This document shows, in pieces, positions 27,704 to 37,038 of a stretch of DNA of 64,000 nucleotides. Both the position numbers and the translations under genes were made by a program. The DNA is from Gammaproteobacteria bacterium (lineage in GTDB: Bacteria > Pseudomonadota > Gammaproteobacteria > Pseudomonadales > Azotimanducaceae): assembly GCA_028818795.1 (NCBI GenBank), contig JAPPND010000231.1:4892-68891 (forward strand), written 5' to 3'. Numbering within the stretch: the first letter of the stretch is position 1; every line of letters starts with the position of its first letter. A model generated the notes under the pieces. That model was not told the origin of the DNA. It ran no database searches and saw only the letters and a list, made by a program, of their open reading frames with translations.

Positions 27704-28699
27704 GTGAAGGCCTGGCAGATGCCGCGGCTGGGCGACCCCTGGCGAGAACTCGGTGCGGTCGAGGTGCCACCGCCGGACCCGCCGCCGGGCTGTGTACGCA
27801 TTTGCGTCGACGCGTCCGACCTGAACTTCGCCGACATCCTTCAATGCCAGGGCTCCTACCAGGTCAGGTGGACGCCGCCTTTCACGCCGGGGATGGTCGC
27901 TGCAGGGATCGTGGAAGCGGCCGCGGCAGGAACAGGGTTTGCGGCTGGCGAACGCGTCGTGGGGCCCACGGTCGAGCCCGCTGGCGGATTCGCCGAGCAG
28001 TCGCTCCTGTTGGCGGAACAGTCACACCGGATTCCCGCGTCCGTATCGTCGCGTTCCGCCATGGCGGTCCACATCACCTACGCCACGGCCTGGTTCGCTT
28101 TCCATCGACGCGCGCATCTGGAACCGGGCGAGTCGGTCCTCGTGCTGGCGGCGGCTGGCGGCGTCGGCACTGCAGCGGTTCAGATGGCCCGCGCCCATGG
28201 CTGCTGGGTGGTCGGCGCTGTGGGAGGTGGCGCGAAGGCGGAAGTCGCTACCCAAGCCGGTGCCGACCTGGTCGTCGACTACGAAGCCGACGACCTCTAC
28301 CGACGGGTCATGGATGCGACCGACGGGCGAGGCGTCGACGTCGTCTACGATCCTGTCGGCGGCAAACACTTCGACACGGTAAGACGATTGCTCGCCTGGG
28401 AGGGACGTCTTCTCGTCATCGGCTTCGCGGGCGGCAAGATTTCCGCCGCACCCGCCAACCACCTCTTGGTCAAGAACTACTCGGTTGTGGGCGTCCACAT
28501 GGGCGGCTACCGGGAACGCGACCCGGAACTCGTCGCACAGTGCTATGCCGACGTACACAGCCAACTCGCAGACGGCAGGATCAAGCCGTTGATCAGCGAG
28601 GTCGTCGGCTTCGATGCGCTGCCGAATGCGCTTGAGCGACTAGGCGCGAGGAAAACCGTCGGACGGGTGTTATTCGACCCGTCGAGCCCTAGTGCGTGA
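27704..28699 (+). CDS. NADPH:quinone oxidoreductase / zinc-type alcohol dehydrogenase family
   Basis: MDR fold (ICVDASDLNFADILQCQGSYQ; AAAGGVGTAAVQMA Rossmann motif). Start is GTG 27704 or ATG 27719. Confidence 0.85.
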   Translation: MKAWQMPRLGDPWRELGAVEVPPPDPPPGCVRICVDASDLNFADILQCQGSYQVRWTPPFTPGMVAAGIVEAAAAGTGFAAGERVVGPTVEPAGGFAEQSLLLAEQSHRIPASVSSRSAMAVHITYATAWFAFHRRAHLEPGESVLVLAAAGGVGTAAVQMARAHGCWVVGAVGGGAKAEVATQAGADLVVDYEADDLYRRVMDATDGRGVDVVYDPVGGKHFDTVRRLLAWEGRLLVIGFAGGKISAAPANHLLVKNYSVVGVHMGGYRERDPELVAQCYADVHSQLADGRIKPLISEVVGFDALPNALERLGARKTVGRVLFDPSSPSA

Positions 28700-29120
28700 C
28701 CATCAGCCCCGCGATGTTCGCCGGGGTTAGATCCAGCGCCTCGGCAACCATGTTGAAGAACCGCACTTCCCGGGCGGTCACCCGTTCGTCCACGAGGATC
28801 ACTTCGGCGAGCGCATTGGCGATCATGACCCGATCGTGGACGTCGATCTTGTTGCACACCCTGGCCAGATGGCGTTCCAAGGGATCGGAGTCGAATATCC
28901 CCGAGTGTGAAGCCATCCGCACATCCTTGGCGCTGACGTCTTCGCCGGTGCTCTTCTTGATGATCTCCCGCACCGATTCGACCTCGAGGTGCTTGATGTT
29001 GGTATCCGCCGCTGTCGCCCGCGCCAACACCAAGAGCACGGTCTCGTTGACGATGTCCTTGAGTTCGTCGGCCGTGGGTTCCGCACCGCCGAAAAACTTC
29101 AGAATGTGGTCGAGGTTCAT
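28689..29120 (-). CDS. TerB-like (tellurite-resistance TerB/DjlA-N fold) protein
   Basis: 143 aa from MNLDHILKFF. It shows a helical repeat pattern with DRVMIANALAEVILVDERVTAREVRFFNMVAEALDL. Confidence 0.6.
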   Translation of the reverse strand: MNLDHILKFFGGAEPTADELKDIVNETVLLVLARATAADTNIKHLEVESVREIIKKSTGEDVSAKDVRMASHSGIFDSDPLERHLARVCNKIDVHDRVMIANALAEVILVDERVTAREVRFFNMVAEALDLTPANIAGLMVTH

Positions 29121-29243
29121 CCGGCGCAGGCTCCTGTGGGGGTTGGTTACCGCAGCGAACTGTGAATTATAGCAGCCCCCGCTTGGACGAATCTCCTGAG
29201 GCGACCCTATCGCGCCGTAGAGCCGGGCGGCTCTCGCCGACGC

Positions 29244-29268
29244 GGGACGGGACAAGCCCGTCCCCTAC
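29244..29268. repeat. REP-like hairpin element (gggacggg-acaag-cccgtccc-ctac)
   Basis: Perfect 8-bp stem. The 16-mer caagcccgtcccctac recurs at 61753-61768. It is intergenic. Confidence 0.6.
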
Positions 29269-29305
29269 GTTCGGCATTCCGCGCTCGCCCATCCCCGGCC
29301 GAGGT

Positions 29306-30394
29306 TCAAGGCGTCGGGGCGTTGTCGTCGAGCAGTCCTTCCGCCTTGAACCGCCGCCAGACGTCGCCGGGTACTTCGGTATCGAGGTTGCGTCGATTGG
29401 CAGCGGGTTCGTCCGGCGACTTGGCACCGGGAATGACGGCCGCCACCGCCGGATGCGCGAGCGGAAACTGCAGAGCGGCCGCGGCGAGCGGCACGCCCTG
29501 ATCTTCGCAGATGGCCTGCATGCGCTCGGACTTGGCGACCACCTCCGGTGGCGCAGGGGCGTACATGTAGGTCGCGGAACCGGATGGGTCGGCCAGCCAG
29601 CCGCTGGCATACGGGGCGGCGATCACGACGCCGATCCGCCGCTCTTCGGCCAGCGGCAGGATGCGCCGCAGCGCGCGGGTCTCGAGCAGCGTGTAGCCGC
29701 CCGCAACGACGAAGAAGTCCAGGTCGACGAGGTCCGCGATGCGTGCGCAGAGATCCTCGTGGTTGCCGCCGTCCCAACTCCAAGCATTGCGCGACTCCAG
29801 GTTGCAGCCGCAGCCGATAGCGCTGATCCGGCCCGCTTCCCGGAGATGCTCCAAGGCCCGCGCACCCCCGCCGCCATGCCGCGCCAGTTCGTCGAGATGG
29901 ACCTCGATCTGTTCCGGCGAGTGATAGCCGTAGTCGATGTCGTGGATGGTCAAACTGTCGACCGATGCCAATCCGAGACGCTGCAGGGAGTCTTCGTGCT
30001 GCCGGAGAATCGCGGCCTCGTGGTACTCGAAACGGACCCGAAAGCCACTGACCGGATCCCGGGGCGTTCGGACTTCGCCGCCGGGGCTAAAGGTCTTGTT
30101 GCCTTCGTCGCGCACGGGCTCCGGGACAAGCGTCTTGCCGATCTTGGTGTTGACGCGGAACACGGGCCTCGGTGCCAAGCTGGCCAGCGCAAGTCCCAAG
30201 CGTCGTTCCGATCGTCCCAGACCGTACCAGGGCGCGGTGTCGTAGAACCGGACGCCGGTTTCCCAGGCGGCGGCAACGGTGGCGAAACTCGCCTCGTTGC
30301 CGATCGCCGGGCTGCCGATCGTGCCGCCGCCGAACCCCAGCGGCGTGACGGCAAGCCGGCTCTTGCCGACGGCGCGCATTGCGTTCGTGTCCAT
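29306..30394 (-). CDS. Aldo/keto reductase family oxidoreductase
   Basis: LGFGGGTIG...FYDTAPWYGLGRSERRLG pattern. 362 aa from ATG 30394. Confidence 0.85.
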   Translation of the reverse strand: MDTNAMRAVGKSRLAVTPLGFGGGTIGSPAIGNEASFATVAAAWETGVRFYDTAPWYGLGRSERRLGLALASLAPRPVFRVNTKIGKTLVPEPVRDEGNKTFSPGGEVRTPRDPVSGFRVRFEYHEAAILRQHEDSLQRLGLASVDSLTIHDIDYGYHSPEQIEVHLDELARHGGGGARALEHLREAGRISAIGCGCNLESRNAWSWDGGNHEDLCARIADLVDLDFFVVAGGYTLLETRALRRILPLAEERRIGVVIAAPYASGWLADPSGSATYMYAPAPPEVVAKSERMQAICEDQGVPLAAAALQFPLAHPAVAAVIPGAKSPDEPAANRRNLDTEVPGDVWRRFKAEGLLDDNAPTP

Positions 30395-30414
30395 CGTCGA
30401 TTCGTCGCGACCCG

Positions 30415-31578
30415 TCAATCGACACTCAAGGCGTCGACCCAAACCCGGGCGTTGCGCTTGGCCCCCGCAATGGCCCGAGGAGAACGTCCCTTGTGGTCCG
30501 CAAGCTCGCAATCTGCACCGGCGTTCACGATTAGGCGCACCACATCGTGCAACTTCGCCTTGTCCTTTACCGTTGACCGCAACGCGGAAGCGAGCGGCGT
30601 CTCGCCCTGTCGATCCTGGGCATCCACCTGTGAGCCGTGTTCAAGCAAGAGCGCCACGATGTCCACGAAGCCCGCCTTGGCGGCGCAATGCAGTGCGGAC
30701 TGGCCCTTGTGGTTGCGCACGTTCACGTCGGCACCCGCCTCGATCAGTGTACGCACCTTTGCCACGTTGCCGCCGCGGTCCCCACGGGATTGGAACACGA
30801 TTGGCGGCCAGCCGCCTTCCGCATGGTCCGGTCCGTAGTCCACGCCGTGCGCCTTCAGCAGACCGACCATCGCCGGGTTGGCGATTCCCGAACGCGGCGG
30901 CTCCGACGTCGATGGATCAAGGCCCGCCGCGATCAACGCCTCCAGGATGTCCACCCGATCCCGCCAGATGCAGAAACGGACCAGGAAGTAGCCGTGGGGA
31001 CGCGGATCGGCGCCGGATTCCAGCAACGCTGAGACGATCTCGGCATGCCGCGACGCGACGGCGTAGTGCAACGGGGTCGCCACGACGTTCATGTCGTTTT
31101 GTTTCCTCTCGGCCCCGGCAAGGTCGCGGTCGCGGTCCAAGTATTCCCGCACCGCCTCGATCTCGCCCAGGTAGGCCGAGGTGTGGATGTCGAGCGCGGC
31201 ACCCCGGTCGAGAAGGAACGCCGCGACGGCTAGGTGATTCTTGTGGCGGGCCGCGCAGTACGGCGAGATATCGACCAGGAGCGGCGTGAAGTGGCAGCCG
31301 CAGGCGTCGATATCCGCACCGAGGTCGGCAAGGTATTCGACCACTTCGAGCCGCCCGCGGTAGGCCGCCTCCCACAGCATGGTACGACCGTGGGAACCGG
31401 TGCGCCGCAGCCAGTGTGGTTTCTCGGCCAACACGGCCTGCAAGGTGCCGAGATCCCCGCGTCCAGCCGCGGCCACGCCGATCTTCAGGAAATCGCTGGC
31501 TTTGCCGGTCAGCAAACGACACACCTCCGCAGTTCCGCGACCGAGTCTATCAATGCGGGCGGCTACAATGGCGACCAC
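30415..31578 (-). CDS. Ankyrin-repeat protein
   Basis: Several ANK repeats (TPLHYAVASRHAEIVSALLESGADP; GQSALHCAAKAGFVDIVALLLEHGSQVDAQDRQGETPL). The start is uncertain: GTG 31578 was chosen to avoid overlap with the divergent gene. Confidence 0.75.
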   Translation of the reverse strand: MVAIVAARIDRLGRGTAEVCRLLTGKASDFLKIGVAAAGRGDLGTLQAVLAEKPHWLRRTGSHGRTMLWEAAYRGRLEVVEYLADLGADIDACGCHFTPLLVDISPYCAARHKNHLAVAAFLLDRGAALDIHTSAYLGEIEAVREYLDRDRDLAGAERKQNDMNVVATPLHYAVASRHAEIVSALLESGADPRPHGYFLVRFCIWRDRVDILEALIAAGLDPSTSEPPRSGIANPAMVGLLKAHGVDYGPDHAEGGWPPIVFQSRGDRGGNVAKVRTLIEAGADVNVRNHKGQSALHCAAKAGFVDIVALLLEHGSQVDAQDRQGETPLASALRSTVKDKAKLHDVVRLIVNAGADCELADHKGRSPRAIAGAKRNARVWVDALSVD

Positions 31579-31597
31579 GCTGGGCACACGTTGTCGG

Positions 31598-34201
31598 ATG
31601 AACGAACCGCTTGCAATCCCACTCGCCGACCCGAGGGCACTCGAGCCGTCGCTGGTGGGCGGCAAGGCTGCATCGCTCGGACGTCTGGTCGCCGAGGACT
31701 TCCCGGTTCCGCAAGCCGATCTGCTCACCGTCCGTTTTTTCGTCCCGTGGATCGAAGCGATGACCTCGGCGGCACAGTGGCACGACCTTCGCGCGGTGCT
31801 GATCGACTCCGACGGTTCCGAGGCCGGCGAAATCGAACAGCAGTGCACGGCACTCAAGGCCCGTGCCTTGCGCCTTGAGTTCGACATCAAGCAACGGCAA
31901 GCACTAGACGAAATCGTCAACCGCGCCCGGGATGGTGTTTTCGCGGTGCGCTCCTCCGCGCTGGAGGAGGATCTCGCTCACGCTTCCTTCGCTGGTCTCT
32001 ACGAAACCCGGCTGCATGTGACCCCCGGGGACTTGGTAGGGGCGGTGCGACAATGTTTCGCCGCCTGCTTCGATGCACGCCTCTTGGTCTACAAGGCCAA
32101 GCGGCACTTGGACCCGGCACCGAGTTTCGCGGCCATCGTCCAACGCCAGGTCGCAAGCGACGTGTCCGGTGTCGCTTTCTCCCTCAACCCGAACAACAAC
32201 GATTTCGACGAGATGGTGGTCAATGCCGCCCATGGTCTCGGCGACAAGCTGGTCGCCGGCGAGGTGGATCCGGACCAGTGGGTGATCGACAAGGTGAACG
32301 GCACGACCCTCGAAAACCGTGTGGGCGCACGGCCTCGCGAACCCCGCGCGGGGGCCTGCCTCGACGAGGCCAAGCTCGCCGCGGTCACCAACGCCGTGTG
32401 CGGGGTGGAGTCGCTGTTCGGCCTACCCGTCGATGTCGAATGGGCCTTCGAGGGCTCTCGCCTCTACCTGCTGCAGGCGCGTCCCATCACGACCTACATC
32501 CCATTGCCCGAGGAGATTCAGACCGCCCCGGGAGAACAACGTCTGCTCTACATGGATCCGAGCCTCGGCGAAGGCATCACCATGAGCGGCGCGATCACGC
32601 CCCTGTCCGTGGATCTGTTCGCCAAGCTGTTCGAGTGGCTCGGGGGCTACGTCTTTGGGCCGTCCTTCCTGGAACCCAACCTGAAGCGGGGCATCGTGGC
32701 TGCGGCGGGCGTGCGGCTCTACGGCAACGCCTCGCACCTCATGCTGTTTCGGGACCTGCGCAAGGTGGCCCCCGAGAAGCGCTTCGTCGACACCACGCTG
32801 GCGGAGCTGTTCGCGACGGCCGACCTCGAACCCTACCGGGTGAAACCACCACCCAACCTCGCCCGCCGCCGGATGATTCCCGCGCTCGCCAAGGCGACGG
32901 TGCGGCTGGGCCCCTTCGTCGTCTCCCTGGTGCGCGCCATCCTGCGCCCCAAGGCGTTCCTCGCGGGCTATCGGAGAGACCTGGCGGCCTTCGAGGCGGA
33001 GTTGGCGACGGCCGACACCGACATGCCGGTCGTCGAATTGGCCCGGCGGCTCTACATCGCCGTGGCGCGCGTGAGTCTGACCGCCACGGCGCCCGCCCTG
33101 CTGATGTTCATCTACGGCGGCACCGAAGCGCTCATGGGCTTGATCGAGACCTCCTCGTCCCGTCACCGGCGCTTGGCCATGGACATCCGGGGCGGGGGCG
33201 ACGAACTGGTGCTGGAAATGGGCCTTGCCATGTACCGCCTGACGCGGCTGCTGCCCGCTTCGGCGTTCGGCGACCCCGTCGCGCTAGCGGAGCGAATTGC
33301 GGTGCGCGAGGCGCCGGAGGACTTCCTTGCCGGATGGGACGGCTTCCTGCATCGGTTCGGCTGCCGCGGCCCGTTGGAGATGGACCTCGCCAACCCGAAG
33401 TACGGCGACGACACCCTCTTGCTGCTCCGCCAACTCGCCACCGTGGCACTCGGCGACGCCGACCCCGTTGCCACCCACGCGGCGCGGCGGCACGCCCGGG
33501 AAGCGGCGTACGCCGAACTGTCCGGGGAGCTTCCCCCGAGGAAACGCCGCAAGCTCGCGCGCATCCACCGCACCATCGAAGCCTTCGAGAGTGTCCGGGA
33601 GATGCCCAAGCATCATTTCGCGATGGCGAACATGGTGCTGCGCCGCCGGCTTCTCCAAGGCGCCGCGCGATGGGTCGCACAAGGGCGGCTTGACCATGCC
33701 GAGCAGGTCTTCCAGATGACGTTGGACGACTTCGACGGCGCCGAGACGGACGACACGCTCGATCTTCGCGCCCTGGTGGCGGAACGCGGCGCCTTCTACC
33801 GGGACGTCAAGGCCCGGGTCCGGCACTTTCCGCACCTGATCGACTCCCGCGGCCGAATCCTCAAGCCCGTTCGCGAGTACCAACCCGGCGAACTGAGGGG
33901 GGTCGCCGTATCGCCCGGCATTGTCCGCGGCCCCGCGAACGTGTTGGACTCCCCCCTCGACAAGACACTGCGGCCGGGCGACGTCCTCGTCGCGCACACC
34001 ACCGATCCCGGCTGGACGCCGCTATTCATCAACGCCGCGGCGGTTCTCCTGGAAGTAGGCGGCGAGTTGCAGCACGGGGCACTTCTGGCCAGGGAATACG
34101 GCAAACCGTGCGTGGCGGGAATCGTCGGCCTGATGGAGAGGCTCGAGGACGGTCAAGTCGTCGAGGTGGACGGCGATCAAGGCGTCGTGCGATTCGACTA
34201 G
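31598..34201 (+). CDS. PEP-utilising enzyme, rifampin-phosphotransferase-like architecture (N-terminal ATP-grasp, C-terminal swivel His domain)
   Basis: 867 aa. N-terminus has LVGGKAASLGRL..FPVPQ. C-terminus has VLVAHTTDPGWTPLF...VGGELQHGALLAREYGKPCVAG. Confidence 0.8.
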   Translation: MNEPLAIPLADPRALEPSLVGGKAASLGRLVAEDFPVPQADLLTVRFFVPWIEAMTSAAQWHDLRAVLIDSDGSEAGEIEQQCTALKARALRLEFDIKQRQALDEIVNRARDGVFAVRSSALEEDLAHASFAGLYETRLHVTPGDLVGAVRQCFAACFDARLLVYKAKRHLDPAPSFAAIVQRQVASDVSGVAFSLNPNNNDFDEMVVNAAHGLGDKLVAGEVDPDQWVIDKVNGTTLENRVGARPREPRAGACLDEAKLAAVTNAVCGVESLFGLPVDVEWAFEGSRLYLLQARPITTYIPLPEEIQTAPGEQRLLYMDPSLGEGITMSGAITPLSVDLFAKLFEWLGGYVFGPSFLEPNLKRGIVAAAGVRLYGNASHLMLFRDLRKVAPEKRFVDTTLAELFATADLEPYRVKPPPNLARRRMIPALAKATVRLGPFVVSLVRAILRPKAFLAGYRRDLAAFEAELATADTDMPVVELARRLYIAVARVSLTATAPALLMFIYGGTEALMGLIETSSSRHRRLAMDIRGGGDELVLEMGLAMYRLTRLLPASAFGDPVALAERIAVREAPEDFLAGWDGFLHRFGCRGPLEMDLANPKYGDDTLLLLRQLATVALGDADPVATHAARRHAREAAYAELSGELPPRKRRKLARIHRTIEAFESVREMPKHHFAMANMVLRRRLLQGAARWVAQGRLDHAEQVFQMTLDDFDGAETDDTLDLRALVAERGAFYRDVKARVRHFPHLIDSRGRILKPVREYQPGELRGVAVSPGIVRGPANVLDSPLDKTLRPGDVLVAHTTDPGWTPLFINAAAVLLEVGGELQHGALLAREYGKPCVAGIVGLMERLEDGQVVEVDGDQGVVRFD

Positions 34202-36249
34202 AGAGTCGGCAAGGCGCGTACTTCTATCCGGTTCGGCGCCAATTCACGCGCCGCTTCGATATGCCGGACCGCAGTCGACCGGTAATCCGGATCGGTCGCG
34301 CTGACCACGACGTACGTTTCCGCCAATGTCATGGGCACTTCCCAGTTTTCTCGCTCCCAGCGCGCTGCCGCCGGAGCTTCGGCATCGACCAGCGTCAGCA
34401 GTCTCGCCGCCTCCACCCGATGTCGAGTGCGCAGGAAACGCCAATAGTTCCGGGTGTATTGAAACAGGAACAGCCTGAACTGGTTCGCCATCGGTTCGAA
34501 TGCGTCGATGGCCTCTGCGAAGAACTCCCGGGTGTGGTGCGGCGCGATCCCCATCCCCGGCTCGGAACTGCGTATGGCCAACGCGCCGATGCTTGCCGAC
34601 GTAAAGGCGGCCTTGTTGGCCCAGAACCCAAATCCCGCCAAAGCGGCCGATACCACGACCACGGCAACGCCGAGGACCGGTCCCTTGACGCGGCCAAGAG
34701 TCAGTCTGAACCGATTGCGAATCGTGGCTGCCAGCCAGGTCGACCACAACGACGACGATCCCGTCTGACCCACGCTGCGGGACGCGACGGCCACGAACGC
34801 GAGCAGCAGGGTGAACTGCAGCGTGCTCGTGACGACTTCCGGGGAGACCAGGGCAAAGGCGAAATAGCCGACCAGCGCGCCGCCGGCGAACACCAACACG
34901 ATGCGCTCCCTCCGACCCATCCGTCGCGCCGCGCGCAACCCGACGATCAGCAAGCCGGCCCAGATGGCAAGGTGGCTGACGACGCCCAAGGCACCCTTGG
35001 TGGCAAGCTCCTCCGACAGGCGACCGTGGGCGTTGTCATGGATACGCATCTCGGCACCCATCTCCGAGCCGTGGCGCCCCAATACCACGACGTAGTTCTC
35101 GGGACCCCAGCCGAACAGCGGTCTCTCGAGGAAGCCCTTCGCCGCTGCATCCCAAGCTGCGAGGCGCGTCTCGACGGTTCGCTTGGAGAACGCCAACGTG
35201 CGCTCCACGAGCGGGTTCGCGGAATGGGTCCATTGGCTGTCCGCGGGCCGCTCGAAGGTCGTGACCATTAGCACGAACACGACGGTCCCCGCCGCCAGCA
35301 GTCCGGCCGCCGCACCGATCGCCAACCGCACGCGCCCCCGTTCCAGGTAGGCAAACAGGACGGCCACCGCGGCAAAACCCGCGATCAGCCCGAGAAACGC
35401 GCTGCGCACCGCCGTCAAGGTCACAACCCAGGCGCTGAGTAGTGCACAGGCGCCCCAGAACAGTGTCGAGAGCCAGGGCAGAACCGTTCGAAAGCGGCCG
35501 CCCCTCGCCTCCTGGCTCCGCCCTTCTTCAACATCGGCGGCGGACGTGGCCTTGGTCAGCGCGTCCACGAAGAACCCGGCCGCGACGACGGCGTTCACGA
35601 GCACGTACGCGCCCAGGTGAATGGGATTGCCGAAGGTCGCCGTGATCTTTCCGTAGCCCTCCCTCGACCACTGCCAGAGCAACGCCGCCATGTCGTAATG
35701 CTGGCCCACGGCCCATAGCGCGATCACCGCACCCACGACGAGGTTCGCCTGCAGAAGCAGGCGCCATTGCGCGACACCCACCACCGACACCAGGACGACG
35801 GCGAAGGCGAACCAATGGGCCTGGTCCAGGACGCCCCCCATCCGTTCGTAGGTGGAGAACAGGCTTCGTACGACGCTGACGCCCAGCAAGGCCGACACCA
35901 GGGCGACCCCGAGCGCCACGGCGAGCAGGCCGAGCAGGAGCGAACGCGGCGGCCGGTATGCGGGATTCAGCACGGCGAGGACCGTCCAGGCCACGAACAC
36001 GACCTCGACGATGCAACGGAACAACAGCCCTTTGCCGACCAGGTACGGGAAGATCGTGGGCGGAAACAGGACCGCTTGATCGTTCACGACGAGGGGAAAG
36101 AAGGCGTTCACCCCGCTGACCGCGAACGGAATCAGGAGAATCAAACCGATTCCAGCCCAGATCACGCCAAGCGCGGCACGTTCGATAGGGCGAATCGGCA
36201 TGGGGCGGACGGACTCGGGCGACATCGACACGCTAACACCTTTTCGCAC
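34198..36249 (-). CDS. Large polytopic membrane protein, O-antigen ligase/polymerase (Wzy_C)-like
   Basis: 683 aa with more than 10 predicted TM segments. The FGWGPENYVVVLGRHGS loop is typical of this family. Its stop overlaps the upstream convergent gene end by 4 nt. Confidence 0.6.
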   Translation of the reverse strand: MRKGVSVSMSPESVRPMPIRPIERAALGVIWAGIGLILLIPFAVSGVNAFFPLVVNDQAVLFPPTIFPYLVGKGLLFRCIVEVVFVAWTVLAVLNPAYRPPRSLLLGLLAVALGVALVSALLGVSVVRSLFSTYERMGGVLDQAHWFAFAVVLVSVVGVAQWRLLLQANLVVGAVIALWAVGQHYDMAALLWQWSREGYGKITATFGNPIHLGAYVLVNAVVAAGFFVDALTKATSAADVEEGRSQEARGGRFRTVLPWLSTLFWGACALLSAWVVTLTAVRSAFLGLIAGFAAVAVLFAYLERGRVRLAIGAAAGLLAAGTVVFVLMVTTFERPADSQWTHSANPLVERTLAFSKRTVETRLAAWDAAAKGFLERPLFGWGPENYVVVLGRHGSEMGAEMRIHDNAHGRLSEELATKGALGVVSHLAIWAGLLIVGLRAARRMGRRERIVLVFAGGALVGYFAFALVSPEVVTSTLQFTLLLAFVAVASRSVGQTGSSSLWSTWLAATIRNRFRLTLGRVKGPVLGVAVVVVSAALAGFGFWANKAAFTSASIGALAIRSSEPGMGIAPHHTREFFAEAIDAFEPMANQFRLFLFQYTRNYWRFLRTRHRVEAARLLTLVDAEAPAAARWERENWEVPMTLAETYVVVSATDPDYRSTAVRHIEAARELAPNRIEVRALPTL

Positions 36250-36309
36250 CGACGGACTATGATGTTTGGTCCGTAAATAGTGGGACTCAAGCTAGAGTTC
36301 GGCGAGCAG

Positions 36310-37038
36310 ATGGCCGACGTTTCGGCAAGCGCGGGTTCGGAACCCGTCATTCGGGTGCGCGACCTGCACAAGAACTACCGCATGGGATCCGACACGATCC
36401 ATGCGTTGAACGGCGTGGATTGCGCGATTCACGCCAACGAATACGTGGCGGTCATGGGGCCTTCCGGGTCCGGCAAGTCCACCCTGATGAACATCATCGG
36501 CTGCCTGGACCGGCCCACGAGCGGCGAATACTGGCTTTCCGGCGAGAACGTCTCGAAGCTGGGCGACAAGTCGCTGGCCCGCGTACGCAACCGCCGCATC
36601 GGCTTCGTTTTCCAGACCTTCAACCTGCTGCCACGGGCCTCGGCCCTGCAGAACGTCGAGATTCCCCTGATGTACGGCGGCGTCGGGCACCGCCAACGCC
36701 GCGCCCGGGCCCGGGACACACTGGAGCGCGTCGGCCTCAAGGACCGCATGAAGCACAAACCCAGCGAGCTGTCCGGCGGTCAACGTCAGCGGGTCGCCGT
36801 CGCCCGGGCCCTGGTCAACGAACCGGAAATCCTGCTTGCCGACGAACCGACCGGAAATCTCGACAGCCGCACCGGCGAGGACATCATGGATCTGTTCGAC
36901 ACCCTGTACCATGCCGGCCAGACCATCATCCTCGTGACCCACGAGACTCACATCGCCAATCGAGCCCACCGTCACGTGCAACTGCACGACGGTGTTGTCA
37001 CCCAAGACCATAGCCGGAGTAGGACCGATGTCCACTAA
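36310..37038 (+). CDS. ABC transporter ATP-binding protein (MacB/LolD-type)
   Basis: [25 protein letters not shown] and [12 protein letters not shown] motifs. Confidence 0.92.
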   Translation: MADVSASAGSEPVIRVRDLHKNYRMGSDTIHALNGVDCAIHANEYVAVMGPSGSGKSTLMNIIGCLDRPTSGEYWLSGENVSKLGDKSLARVRNRRIGFVFQTFNLLPRASALQNVEIPLMYGGVGHRQRRARARDTLERVGLKDRMKHKPSELSGGQRQRVAVARALVNEPEILLADEPTGNLDSRTGEDIMDLFDTLYHAGQTIILVTHETHIANRAHRHVQLHDGVVTQDHSRSRTDVH

